Part shown: positions 8,546 to 18,389 of the stretch, piece after piece
Numbering within the stretch: the first letter of the stretch is position 1
Layout of the letters: each line of letters opens with the position of its first letter
IMG/VR virus record: IMGVR_UViG_3300033153_015023
Coordinates: 1-64,000 of that record
Direction: 5' to 3' (one strand)
Length of the DNA: 64,000 bases
From: a virus
Translations under genes and position numbers: made by a program
Notes under the pieces: generated by a model
What the model saw: only the letters and a program-made list of their open reading frames with translations
What the model was told of the DNA's origin: nothing
The model's database searches: none

Positions 8546-9054
8546 TGGCAAGGAAAATAAAAGAGGTATCGTCCGCAGTGATAGATTGGTTTTGTCCTAA
8601 ATGCGGAAAGGATGTATCTATGGAAGATGAGAAGTGCTCTCACTGCGGAGCAAAGTTTGTTCCGATAGGGAGTATTTCTGAGGAGGAAGCACGACTTCAA
8701 AAATTGCAGGATGATATTAAAGAAGCTACTGCAAAGAAAAAAGAGGCTAAGAAAGAAAAGGCTGAAAAAAAGAAAGAGGCAGCTATTGAAGTAGAAAAAC
8801 CTAAGAGAAGAAAGATGAAAGAGGTTGCAAGTAAAACTGGTTCCCCTCGTCCTGGTACAAGGAAAGCTTTTGTGTTTGAAGCACTTACAACAGAAGGATT
8901 AAACTATGATACCTTTACCCCCCTGTTTGCAAAAGAATTTGAGCTAGATGATGAAGAGGCTGTAAAGGCTATCAAGATGATTATCTATCAATTCAAAAGA
9001 GATGATTTTTCTATAGTTGAAGAGGGTGGTATTTGGAAGTTGGAACAAAGATAA
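8545..9054 (+). CDS. Zn-ribbon plus C-terminal winged-helix-like protein
   Basis: CPKC..CSHC, Lys/Glu-rich linker, RPGTRKAFVF...LFAKEF domain. Confidence 0.7.
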   Translation: MARKIKEVSSAVIDWFCPKCGKDVSMEDEKCSHCGAKFVPIGSISEEEARLQKLQDDIKEATAKKKEAKKEKAEKKKEAAIEVEKPKRRKMKEVASKTGSPRPGTRKAFVFEALTTEGLNYDTFTPLFAKEFELDDEEAVKAIKMIIYQFKRDDFSIVEEGGIWKLEQR

Positions 9055-9060
9055 AAGAGT

Positions 9061-11457
9061 ATGAGAAGATTGATTATAAGGGAAAGACAGGCAAGAGTGC
9101 TTGCAACAAAAGATTGTTCTCTATGTGGTCTTTGTAAAGATAGTGTATCTAATAGTGGTGTAAAAAGATGTGAGCTTAAAGGTATTGGCCCTATAGATGC
9201 AAATATTATGTTTGTTGGGGAAGCGCCTGGAAGTGACGAATTGGAACAGAACGAATTCTTTGTAGGTTCTGCCGGTAATTTTCTAACTGATATGATGGAA
9301 GTTGCTGAATTAGATAGAAAGACTGTGCGTATTGAGAATATTGTACGCTGTAGACCACCTAATAATAGGGATCCGAAACCTACAGAAATTAGAGCTTGCC
9401 TTCCTTTCCTTGTAGAACAGATAAAAATTATTAAACCCACTGTAATTGTTACGCTTGGTTCTATTGCTTTTTCTGCATTAACAGGTCTATCAGGGATTAT
9501 GAAGTGGTCTGGCAGGAAATTATATTCAAGGAAATATCAATGCTGGTTACTACCTGCTTTACATCCTAGTTATTTTATTCGTTCTGGTGGGGCCTTTACA
9601 GCGGAAGGTGAATTGAGGTACGAGGTAGAAAGGTTCATAAAGACAATTGAGCTTGCAAAGAAAATACAATACAAAGCTCAAAGAGCTTCAGTTATTGAAA
9701 AGCATTTTGTTACTTCTCAAGCAGAAGCAAACGAAGTATTTACAAACTGTTGTCAGTCTAAAGTATTTGCATTTGATTTTGAAACTCATTTAGATGGTTC
9801 CCCTAGGGGCATTGGCCTTTGTTGGGAACCTAACAAAGCTTATTATATCCCAGAACTATTCTTTCAGGATGATATATTATTTCATTTTTTCAAGGATGCA
9901 GAGAAAGCAACAAAAGTAGCACATCATATTGCATTTGATCGTCCGGTTGCTAGATCTGTAGGGGCGGAAGTAGGTGATAACGTATTTTGTACCATGCTCG
10001 CTCATCATCTTATAGACGAAAATATTTCTCATGGTCTAAAAGAGATCGAGTGGGAATATATTGATAAGGGTGGTAGAGCAGATTTTTTAAAACCACACTA
10101 TGGAAAACCTTCTTGGGAATTAATTCCAGAAAAAATAATAGGTGATTATTGCTGTGAAGATGTAGAGAGCACTTTCCTATTATATTTCAAATTTAAAAAA
10201 TTGATGATAGAGGAAGGTGTTGATTATGTTTTTGATAATATAACAATGCCTGCAACCAGGGTTGTAGAACATATTGAATACGTGGGTGCACCTGTTGATG
10301 AGATAGCGCTGGAAAAACTGCAAACTAAATGTGAAGAAAGAGAAGAGCTTTGTGAGACTAGAATCTGGACAATTGCTAAAAAAGAATTTAATATAAATTC
10401 AGGTAAACAGTTAGGTGATGTGTTATACCTTGATCTAAACCTTCCTAAAATTAAAAATAATATAGATGAAAAAAATTGGCAGACAGGAAAAGGGAATTGG
10501 AAAACAGATGAAGAGACCCTTAAGGCACTTCAGAAGTGGGATACTCATGGAATTATAGAGCAGCTTCTTGATATAAAGGCACAACGTAAATTAATTTCTA
10601 CTTATATAAATGGTACTAAAAAACGGATGAGAGATGGAAGGTTGTACCATAGATTTTTACAACATGGAACTGTAACTGGCAGATTTGCAAGTGGTTTTCA
10701 TACCTTCCCAAAAGACCCTGATGTGCGTGCAATTATTGGTGCGCCTTTAGGTAGAAGTTTAGTTGATCTTGACGGTGATCAAATGGAATTGAGAATAGGC
10801 GCATCTCTTTCAGGTGACAAAAAAATGATAGAAGTTTTCCAGCGTGGTGATGATATTCATGCCTGGGTTGCAAGTTTTTTGTTTAATTGCAAATTGGAAG
10901 ATGTAACAGATAAACAAAGAGACATTGCAAAAGGATTTGATTTCGGTGTATTTTTTGGTAGGGGTATTAATTCAATCAGGGATGAATTTAAAGTTTCTGA
11001 TGCACAGGCACATAAATGGTATGATATGTTTTTTGAATTGCTTTCAGGTTTGTTAGAATGGATAGAAAATCAAAAAATTTTTGTTAAGGAAAATAAATTT
11101 GTTGTAAATTCATTTGGTAGAAAACGTCGTTTATCGTTAATTGACCATGATGTAAGTGATTTCCAGGCAGAGGCAGAAAGACAGGCTGTTAATACACCAG
11201 TTCAGGGCACTGCTTCTGATTGTGTTATTATCGCTTTAAGACGAATTTATAATAGGATAGTAAGGGAACATCTAGATGCAGTTATTTTTGCAACTGTGCA
11301 TGATTCTATTATGGTAGAATGTAATAATGATATAGCTGCATATGTCGGGCAGATGATGAAAGAAGAGTTTGAAAAACCTTATCCTTTTATAAAAGTTCCG
11401 ATAGTTGCAAGTGTTAATATCGAAAAAAACTGGTATGAACATGCAAGAAATAAGTAA
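9061..11457 (+). CDS. polA: Family A DNA polymerase with N-terminal family-4 uracil-DNA glycosylase domain (SPO1-like)
   Basis: UDG: VGEAPG..E, CRPPNNRDP, HPSY; exonuclease DFET; Pol motifs TVTGRF, DQMELR, NTPVQGTASD, VHDS. Confidence 0.95.
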   Translation: MRRLIIRERQARVLATKDCSLCGLCKDSVSNSGVKRCELKGIGPIDANIMFVGEAPGSDELEQNEFFVGSAGNFLTDMMEVAELDRKTVRIENIVRCRPPNNRDPKPTEIRACLPFLVEQIKIIKPTVIVTLGSIAFSALTGLSGIMKWSGRKLYSRKYQCWLLPALHPSYFIRSGGAFTAEGELRYEVERFIKTIELAKKIQYKAQRASVIEKHFVTSQAEANEVFTNCCQSKVFAFDFETHLDGSPRGIGLCWEPNKAYYIPELFFQDDILFHFFKDAEKATKVAHHIAFDRPVARSVGAEVGDNVFCTMLAHHLIDENISHGLKEIEWEYIDKGGRADFLKPHYGKPSWELIPEKIIGDYCCEDVESTFLLYFKFKKLMIEEGVDYVFDNITMPATRVVEHIEYVGAPVDEIALEKLQTKCEEREELCETRIWTIAKKEFNINSGKQLGDVLYLDLNLPKIKNNIDEKNWQTGKGNWKTDEETLKALQKWDTHGIIEQLLDIKAQRKLISTYINGTKKRMRDGRLYHRFLQHGTVTGRFASGFHTFPKDPDVRAIIGAPLGRSLVDLDGDQMELRIGASLSGDKKMIEVFQRGDDIHAWVASFLFNCKLEDVTDKQRDIAKGFDFGVFFGRGINSIRDEFKVSDAQAHKWYDMFFELLSGLLEWIENQKIFVKENKFVVNSFGRKRRLSLIDHDVSDFQAEAERQAVNTPVQGTASDCVIIALRRIYNRIVREHLDAVIFATVHDSIMVECNNDIAAYVGQMMKEEFEKPYPFIKVPIVASVNIEKNWYEHARNK

Positions 11458-11501
11458 CTTATTTGTAGTATACAACTGTATTATATATTGAGGTTAATAG
11501 A

Positions 11502-12029
11502 TTGGATTTGATGGAATGGTTATTAAAACAACATGAGACAATAGTTCAAAGAACAAAAATTATACATGAAGAAGAAATTTATTTTTCAGAGTTAAATAGG
11601 AGAATGGCTGAATATGGTGGGGATTATTCCTGGGCAATATCTGAAAACATAATTGCAGAACATGCTTATCAAAGAAAAAAGTTATCTTTTGATAAATGGT
11701 ATAATCCACTTTTTGTAAACTTAAAAAAAGAACTTCCTGCAGGTGCATCTGCAAAATCTGTTGAAGCTCTTATGTCAACAAAATACAAAGAAGAATGGGA
11801 TCGATGGAAAGAAGAACTACTACAATTAGAATTACAACAGAAAACAAGAGAACACTTTTTAAAAGTATGGGGTTCCATGAAAGATATTTATGTCGAATTA
11901 TCCAGGAATATGCGATCTGATTGGAAGTCTGCTGGTGGATTAAACATAAAATCTTTTGGTGAAGAGAATGTTATAAAGATAAAGAAGATTAGAAAACTAA
12001 AAAAACAGGAGGAAAAAGATGGATCTTGA
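11502..12029 (+). CDS. UvsY-like recombination mediator (putative)
   Basis: Helical coiled-coil protein immediately upstream of SSB; ELSRNMR C-terminal motif. Confidence 0.45.
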   Translation: MDLMEWLLKQHETIVQRTKIIHEEEIYFSELNRRMAEYGGDYSWAISENIIAEHAYQRKKLSFDKWYNPLFVNLKKELPAGASAKSVEALMSTKYKEEWDRWKEELLQLELQQKTREHFLKVWGSMKDIYVELSRNMRSDWKSAGGLNIKSFGEENVIKIKKIRKLKKQEEKDGS

Positions 12030-13020
12030 AAAGATCAGAAAATTAAAAGAACAGAGGGAAGAAAAAGCAGTACAGGATTTTTCTTCAGAACTTAAGTATA
12101 CCTTGAAGCCTGGCTTTAATGTACTTCGTCTTGTAGGTGATCCTGAAATCTGTTTACAGGCATGGATAAAACAGGCAGATGGTAAAAATCATCCGTATAT
12201 TTTTGAAGCAGATGGGATAATGATGGAGCTTATTAATAGTATCCTTGATTATACCATGGAACAGAAATCCGATGGGAAATTTGCCAGGCGATATACGTAT
12301 GAAGGAACGGATATATTTCAGATTATAAAAAGTCAGAGATGGATGCCACGGGAAGTATATTTGTTCAACTGTATTCCTAGAGAGCTGCAGAAAGATCCTT
12401 CAGCAAATCAGATGGTCCGTCTTGCTGAGGTAAAAAATCATACTCTATTACTGACTCAATCGAAGGCAGGTATAGGGATCGGCCCGATGCTCTTTGAATC
12501 TATTGCTGGAATTATTGATAACTTCGGTGATGCGGAAACATATGATATTGTAGTATCAAAAAGTGGATCAGGTTTCGATACTGTGTATGATGCACAAATG
12601 GCTGTTGCAAAAAATAACAATTATGGGGAACGTGTGGCGGCAGAAGGTGCTCTCTCTGCAAAAGAACTTGAATACGAAAAATACGATTTATCTCTTTTGA
12701 TACAACCGACACCAATAAAATCTGTTTTAACTACTATGGGGGATTCTATTAAGCTTGCAGATTCTGTTTTGAGTTCAAATTTCTATCAGCGTCTTTCAGA
12801 AGCTGCAAAAAAAGAGGTTGCTCCAGAAGAAGTTTCCACAGTTGCAGAAGAAGTACCAAAACAATTTTCTCGGAGAAAGAAAGTGACTGAGGAAGTGGAT
12901 CCGATAGCAGCCTCTTTCCCAAAGGGCGCTGTATTAGAACCGTGTGAGAAGTGCGGTAAGAAGTTTCCGGATAACGAATCTAAATGTCCATACTGTGGAC
13001 AGGAGTATGATGTAGTTTAG
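12019..13020 (+). CDS. gp32-like single-stranded DNA-binding protein with C-terminal Zn ribbon
   Basis: LKPGFNVLRLV, YDIVVSKSGSGFDTVY motifs; context. Confidence 0.65.
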   Translation: MDLEKIRKLKEQREEKAVQDFSSELKYTLKPGFNVLRLVGDPEICLQAWIKQADGKNHPYIFEADGIMMELINSILDYTMEQKSDGKFARRYTYEGTDIFQIIKSQRWMPREVYLFNCIPRELQKDPSANQMVRLAEVKNHTLLLTQSKAGIGIGPMLFESIAGIIDNFGDAETYDIVVSKSGSGFDTVYDAQMAVAKNNNYGERVAAEGALSAKELEYEKYDLSLLIQPTPIKSVLTTMGDSIKLADSVLSSNFYQRLSEAAKKEVAPEEVSTVAEEVPKQFSRRKKVTEEVDPIAASFPKGAVLEPCEKCGKKFPDNESKCPYCGQEYDVV

Positions 13021-13111
13021 GATGCTCTAGCTCCTGCTAAAGTAACGACGCCTACGTGCGCGGGTTTAAATATCGTCCAATTGCAGGTGCATTTTTAAAG
13101 AGGGGAATACT

Positions 13112-13444
13112 ATGATAAATGATAAAACATATCCTTTATGGGATCAGTTTGTAGAAAAGAAAGAGGGGTGGATTGGAGGTCTATTAGAGGATAGTGGTGA
13201 TTCAATGGATCGAGCTATGGGAATGAAAGACGCACGTACAGAAATTATTGATATACAATTAAATCCTAATGGAAAAGATTCAGCTTTTTTTGAAATAGTT
13301 GGTAAAAAGTTTTCATGTGGTTTTGATGTGCAGTGTGGAGGAGTTACAGCAGGTGAAGAAGATTGGATAACTTTTTCTGAATATGGCGATTATACATTTA
13401 GGGCTAAAAGAGCTGTGGAGACAGTATGGAAACAAAAGAATTAA
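13112..13444 (+). CDS. Hypothetical protein
   Basis: GAGGGG SD; 110 aa. Confidence 0.65.
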   Translation: MINDKTYPLWDQFVEKKEGWIGGLLEDSGDSMDRAMGMKDARTEIIDIQLNPNGKDSAFFEIVGKKFSCGFDVQCGGVTAGEEDWITFSEYGDYTFRAKRAVETVWKQKN

Positions 13445-13632
13445 CTTTTGAATTTGGATATACTAAGGCAATACCTGTTCCTGGAAGTGACTACTCAAAT
13501 TTTATAAAAGCATCTTATCGTAAGGTAGTTGAATTAGGGCCTTTTGAAAAAGAGGATGAAGCTAGAGAAAAATTAAGTGATGATGTAATCGATTTTGTTA
13601 TCAAGAAAATAATTGAGGTGGAAGAAGCATGA
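13426..13632 (+). CDS. Hypothetical protein
   Basis: GGAG SD; overlaps the next gene. Confidence 0.6.
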   Translation: METKELTFEFGYTKAIPVPGSDYSNFIKASYRKVVELGPFEKEDEAREKLSDDVIDFVIKKIIEVEEA

Positions 13633-14711
13633 AAGTTGGCGCTATTGCAGACCTGCATTTTGGAAAAAATGTTGATGGGAATACTAATTTTAACAGGAGT
13701 GAAGAAACTCTTATCCAGCTTGATAAAGCAGTTGACTATTTACAATCTGAAAGAGTAGATGCAATTGTTGTATTAGGAGATATTGCCCATACAAATCATC
13801 CATCTATAAAATCAAATATTTATATCCGAAAAGCTTTAAAACTTTTAGGTGATTTTGGACGACCTGTTCTTATTTTTCCAGGGAACCATGACTATACTCA
13901 TGAAGGAAATCATATTCTACAACCTTTTATGTCAAAAGATCAATCAAGAATTGATATTGTAGATAAACCTTGTCTATGGAATGGAATGTGTGTTATGCCA
14001 CATATGCCTAGAAAATTATTTGCTGATATAAAAAGTAAAGAAGATTATGATTTGCAAATAAAACAAATGTACAAAGGTGTGTTAAAAAAATATCCTTCAA
14101 ATATATTATTAACCCATGCACAAATTCAAGGTTGCGTCGTTAACAGTGATTATATGTTTGAAAGTGGTGTATTAGAATTTCCACAATTGGATAATAAACA
14201 ATTAAAATTAGTTGTAGCTGGGGATATTCATAAAGCGCAAATGTTTGATCTTGGTGGTGTATCTGTTGTATATCCTGGTAGTTTAATCCAAACTGATTAC
14301 GGTGAGAAAGATGATGTTAAAGGGGTTGCACTGTTTGATACAAGTACTTTAGAGAATACCTTGCAAGAAATACCTGGATATAAAAAATATTATCATCTTG
14401 AATTGAACAGTTTGAAAGATGTTGATGTTATTAAAAAATCTATATGGGGCAATATTCTTGATATAGAAATTAAAGATTGTGGTGAAAGGGATTTAATTGA
14501 ACAAAGAGTAAATGAATTAAGCGCCCTGTCAATTCGTGATATAAGAATCCAGAGAGAAGAGGACAATATAAAAAATGAAGGATTTGAGATTGCCGGAAAG
14601 CCTCACGAAGAACAGTTTTTGGAATATTTAAATTCACTTGATTTTACGGAAGCGCAAAAAGACAAATTACTTTTTGCAGCTAAAAATATTATGGGGGAAA
14701 TTAGAGGATGA
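13629..14711 (+). CDS. sbcD: SbcD/Mre11 metallophosphoesterase nuclease
   Basis: ADLHFG, LGDI, PGNHD, GDIH, YPGS motifs. Confidence 0.92.
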   Translation: MKVGAIADLHFGKNVDGNTNFNRSEETLIQLDKAVDYLQSERVDAIVVLGDIAHTNHPSIKSNIYIRKALKLLGDFGRPVLIFPGNHDYTHEGNHILQPFMSKDQSRIDIVDKPCLWNGMCVMPHMPRKLFADIKSKEDYDLQIKQMYKGVLKKYPSNILLTHAQIQGCVVNSDYMFESGVLEFPQLDNKQLKLVVAGDIHKAQMFDLGGVSVVYPGSLIQTDYGEKDDVKGVALFDTSTLENTLQEIPGYKKYYHLELNSLKDVDVIKKSIWGNILDIEIKDCGERDLIEQRVNELSALSIRDIRIQREEDNIKNEGFEIAGKPHEEQFLEYLNSLDFTEAQKDKLLFAAKNIMGEIRG

Positions 14712-16687
14712 TTGTCAATAAAATATTTGTAGAAAATTATGGTTCCATCAAATCTGCTACTTTCCATCCACAAAAAGGATTGATTGGTATCTTTGGTGAG
14801 AGTAGTGATAACGCTGAAAAATCAAATGGGGCAGGTAAAAGTACTTTAGTTGAAGCAATATTATTTGGTTTATTTGGTAGATCTCAAAAAGGCACTATTT
14901 CAGAATTAAAAGCAGATTTTTCTACAACCCCTCTTATTGTAGATATAGAATTTTATCTTTTAAATAGACAATTTAGAATCAGGCGCACATGGGACAAAAA
15001 AGCAGGTGGGTTTTTACAGTTGTGGGAAGATGATAAAGAGTTTGCCGGGGCTATTAAAGAAGTACAAGAAAAAATAAATAAATTATTAGGTGTGTCTTAT
15101 CCAGTTCTTACAGCAATATCTTTTTTCCTTCAAGGTGATAACGATTCTTTCTCGGGTGCAGCCTCATCTGAACGTTTATCTTATATGAGAGAAATCCTAT
15201 CTCTAACTTTCTGGGATAATTGTTATGATGTTGTTCTTAAAAAGAAAACTTCTGCAAACCTTCTTCAGATCACAGCAGTAGTGGATTCTACAAAACAGAT
15301 TTTATCAGTAAAGAGAGCGTCTTTTTCTTTAGATGATCTTGAAACATCACAAAAGACTGTAAGAAATATAAAAAATACTCAGATACAACTCAAAGAGAGA
15401 CAGGAAAATTTACGAAGAGAAAGAGAAGTTGCATCTGAAAACCTTGTTCAGAAAACCTTTTTGAAGGAAAAACTGGACACTCTTATTGATAGTCTTGATT
15501 CTTTGATTTTCCTTGAAAGAGATTTTGAGAACAAACTACCTGTTGAATCTTCTGTTAAAGCCTATCGATCTGTAGAAAGTTTTATCCAGAAAAATAGAAA
15601 AGAGATAGATAAACAAAATTTATATTTAGGAGAAATAACTTCAGATATAAAAAGAGAAAATAGTTTCTTATCTATGTCACCAGAGGCAGGTGTTATCTGC
15701 CCAACTTGCAGGCAAGAAGTTAAAGCCTCTGATATAGAAATACATATAAAAGAAGCTGAAAAAAAGGTAGTTGATTTAACAAAAGAAGCAGGGCAGATTA
15801 AAAAATATGTTGAGGGCTTATCATATGATATAGGCACGTATGAGAATTTTATTTTTCTAAATAAAAAATCTGTTGAATATCTAACAAGTAGATTGTCTTA
15901 TATGAAAGAGATGGAAGAGTTAGAACTAACAAAAGAAAAAATTGTTACTACAGAGTTATTAATAGAAGATATAAATTCACAATTGGAAGGTATTGAAGAC
16001 AGCTCTCAGCTTATAGAAAGTCTTGATTCACAACTTTTAGAGTTAGAACAGGATATGGGTAAAAATGAAGTTTCTCTTAGAGGAATATCTGATAAGGTAG
16101 TAGAACTAAAATTAATAGAAAAACAGATAGATGAATTAGATATAGAGTTGTCAAAAAAAGAAGATGAGCTTAAAACAACAACAGAACAGGTTTCTACTTT
16201 AGAATTATTACAGAGGCTATTTGGAAAGACAGGTGTATCTTTTTATATTGTCAAGAAAGTAGTGAAGTCTTTCTTAGAAAAGAACTGTAATCAAATATTA
16301 GAAAAGCTTTCTCCATATAGAGTAGAGTTTAATTTAAAAACTTCTACAGATAAAAATACTTTGGATATTCTTATTCGTAGAAATGATGGTATGCGGAAGT
16401 ATGAAACCTTTTCTGGTGGTGAAAAAGAATTATTGAATTTTGCAATTAGAATGTCATTAAGTCAGCTATTAAAGAAAAGAGGGACTGGTGCAGCAATTAA
16501 GTTTGTGGTACTTGACGAAATCTTTGGTTATCTTGATAATTACAATAAGGGTGTTTTAGAGAATGTATTAATGATGTTACGAAAAGAGTTTAGTCAACTT
16601 TTTGTTATATCGCATATTCCACTTGATTTATCTTTTGATCAAACAGTTACTATTAAAAAAGTTGGCTCATATAGTATTATAGAATAG
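14708..16687 (+). CDS. sbcC: SbcC/Rad50 SMC-like ATPase
   Basis: NGAGKST, CPTC zinc hook, FSGGE, LDE, ISH. Confidence 0.93.
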   Translation: MIVNKIFVENYGSIKSATFHPQKGLIGIFGESSDNAEKSNGAGKSTLVEAILFGLFGRSQKGTISELKADFSTTPLIVDIEFYLLNRQFRIRRTWDKKAGGFLQLWEDDKEFAGAIKEVQEKINKLLGVSYPVLTAISFFLQGDNDSFSGAASSERLSYMREILSLTFWDNCYDVVLKKKTSANLLQITAVVDSTKQILSVKRASFSLDDLETSQKTVRNIKNTQIQLKERQENLRREREVASENLVQKTFLKEKLDTLIDSLDSLIFLERDFENKLPVESSVKAYRSVESFIQKNRKEIDKQNLYLGEITSDIKRENSFLSMSPEAGVICPTCRQEVKASDIEIHIKEAEKKVVDLTKEAGQIKKYVEGLSYDIGTYENFIFLNKKSVEYLTSRLSYMKEMEELELTKEKIVTTELLIEDINSQLEGIEDSSQLIESLDSQLLELEQDMGKNEVSLRGISDKVVELKLIEKQIDELDIELSKKEDELKTTTEQVSTLELLQRLFGKTGVSFYIVKKVVKSFLEKNCNQILEKLSPYRVEFNLKTSTDKNTLDILIRRNDGMRKYETFSGGEKELLNFAIRMSLSQLLKKRGTGAAIKFVVLDEIFGYLDNYNKGVLENVLMMLRKEFSQLFVISHIPLDLSFDQTVTIKKVGSYSIIE

Positions 16688-16696
16688 GGGGTTAGA

Positions 16697-17236
16697 ATGT
16701 TTGTAGGAGATCTTTTTACTGGGGTCCGCTTTGGCGGTAAGCACCACGGTATGTTGGGCGTGTTTGTATTGCTATCTTCACTCGCTGAAGATACTATATC
16801 TCCAATAAAGTTAGTTAATCGTGTCAGTAAGTTAGTAATACCAAAGCATCGAAGAGTCTTTGTTGTAGGTAATGTGTCTGCTCAAAGTTCTCATGAGCTT
16901 GCTCTGTTTATAGGAGATCTATTAGATACAAAATGTGAGGTGATAGTTGAGTTGAATGAAAGAGAATCTCTGGGAGGGGTTCATAAAATGCCTTCCTGGG
17001 TTATTGTAAAAACAAATGGTGGTATGTGGATTTCTGAAAGGGTAGATGAACTAATATGGGTAGTTGATAATATGTCACTTTTAACACAACCAACAGATAT
17101 TCGACCAGCTTTAAAAATACCTGTGAGTGTGGTACCTATGAAGACAAAGGATATTCCAGAGTGTTTTAATATCGTAGAAAGCAGGCCAGGTTGGAAAATG
17201 TTTTCTGAAAAAACATCTGTATTGAGAAGACGATAA
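16697..17236 (+). CDS. Degenerate QueE-like protein lacking the radical-SAM cysteine motif
   Basis: Colinear similarity by eye to the QueE at 46223, but no CxxxCxxC. Confidence 0.55.
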   Translation: MFVGDLFTGVRFGGKHHGMLGVFVLLSSLAEDTISPIKLVNRVSKLVIPKHRRVFVVGNVSAQSSHELALFIGDLLDTKCEVIVELNERESLGGVHKMPSWVIVKTNGGMWISERVDELIWVVDNMSLLTQPTDIRPALKIPVSVVPMKTKDIPECFNIVESRPGWKMFSEKTSVLRRR

Positions 17237-17237
17237 A

Positions 17238-18389
17238 ATGATATCTAAAGACCTGCAAAAAATACTTACTAAAAAGTTTGGTACTGGTGTTATTGCAAAA
17301 GCTTCAGATGCAAAGGCATTGATTTATAAACGTATCCCAACAGGGTCAATGCAATTAGATGCAGCTTTGGGGGGTGGTATTCCATTAGGTAGGATTATAG
17401 AATTTGCAGGCCCGGAAACTCATGGTAAAACAACTGTTCTGTTAAAAATTATAGCAGAAAATCAACAAAAGGGTGCAACCTGCGCTTTTATTGATACAGA
17501 AGGATCGTTTGATTCTACCTTTGCAAAAAAGTTAGGTGTCAATTTAAAAACTTTAGAATTTAATGCCCCTGTTTCCCAGGAAGCAATGATCGATCTGGTA
17601 GAAATATTTGTTGCTTCTAGGGAAGTAACTGTAATAGGAATTGATTCTATAACAGGCCCTGTCCCTACCCATATACAGGGTAGAAGCGCTGCTGATCCTA
17701 CAATGGGTGTTGAGGCAAAACTAAATAATTTGTTTTGTAGGAAAGTTGTAACTGCTATGGCCCCTGGTGATTTAACAAAAAAAGAAAACCAACCCTGGTG
17801 TGCAGTTATTTATACTAATCAATTACGTGATACAATAGGGAAGCTGCACGGTATCCCAACAGGTGGTGGTGGTTGGGGGTTAAAGTTTTTTAAATCCATC
17901 GGTGTAGAATTCAGAAGATTAAATTGGTTAGGTAAAGATGGGGAATCAATTATAGCTACAAAGGCTGATAAGTGGGGGCAGACGATTTCTTTTGTAGTGA
18001 AGAAAAATAAAACTGCTATCCCTCATAGTGTAGGTGAGATAGATTTTTATTTTAAAGATACTGCTATTATAAAAGCTGGTGAATATGATCTTTTAAAAGA
18101 AGCTATTATAACAGCAACTAAAAATAATATAATTAGACAAAGTGGCGCTTATTTTTATATAGGCGAAAATAGTTTTCAAGGGATGGATAATTTTGTTTCC
18201 GCTATAAGAACAGATCGAGGGATAGTTACTTATCTTGAAAAACAATTTGTTGATGAGAAGAAGTTCTGGTATTTTAAACAGGATATAAAAAGATTACCAC
18301 GGGGATTAGTTGATGAACAAACTACCATCATGGGTAGAGAAAGAAAACCACAAAAGGGAAAGTCAAAAGCAGGAAAAAAGGATAGCTAA
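17238..18389 (+). CDS. recA: RecA/UvsX recombinase
   Basis: IPTGSMQLDAALGGGIPLGRIIE, GPETHGKTT, IDS, NQLR. Confidence 0.95.
   Translation: MISKDLQKILTKKFGTGVIAKASDAKALIYKRIPTGSMQLDAALGGGIPLGRIIEFAGPETHGKTTVLLKIIAENQQKGATCAFIDTEGSFDSTFAKKLGVNLKTLEFNAPVSQEAMIDLVEIFVASREVTVIGIDSITGPVPTHIQGRSAADPTMGVEAKLNNLFCRKVVTAMAPGDLTKKENQPWCAVIYTNQLRDTIGKLHGIPTGGGGWGLKFFKSIGVEFRRLNWLGKDGESIIATKADKWGQTISFVVKKNKTAIPHSVGEIDFYFKDTAIIKAGEYDLLKEAIITATKNNIIRQSGAYFYIGENSFQGMDNFVSAIRTDRGIVTYLEKQFVDEKKFWYFKQDIKRLPRGLVDEQTTIMGRERKPQKGKSKAGKKDS

Noticed and set aside
9061-11457. DpoZ/Z-genome
   Set aside because: No purZ, datZ or mazZ recognisable in the window.
12990-13097. Pistol ribozyme resemblance (TTAAATA, AGGTGCA)
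   Set aside because: The elements are in the wrong order and the P1/pseudoknot geometry does not fit.
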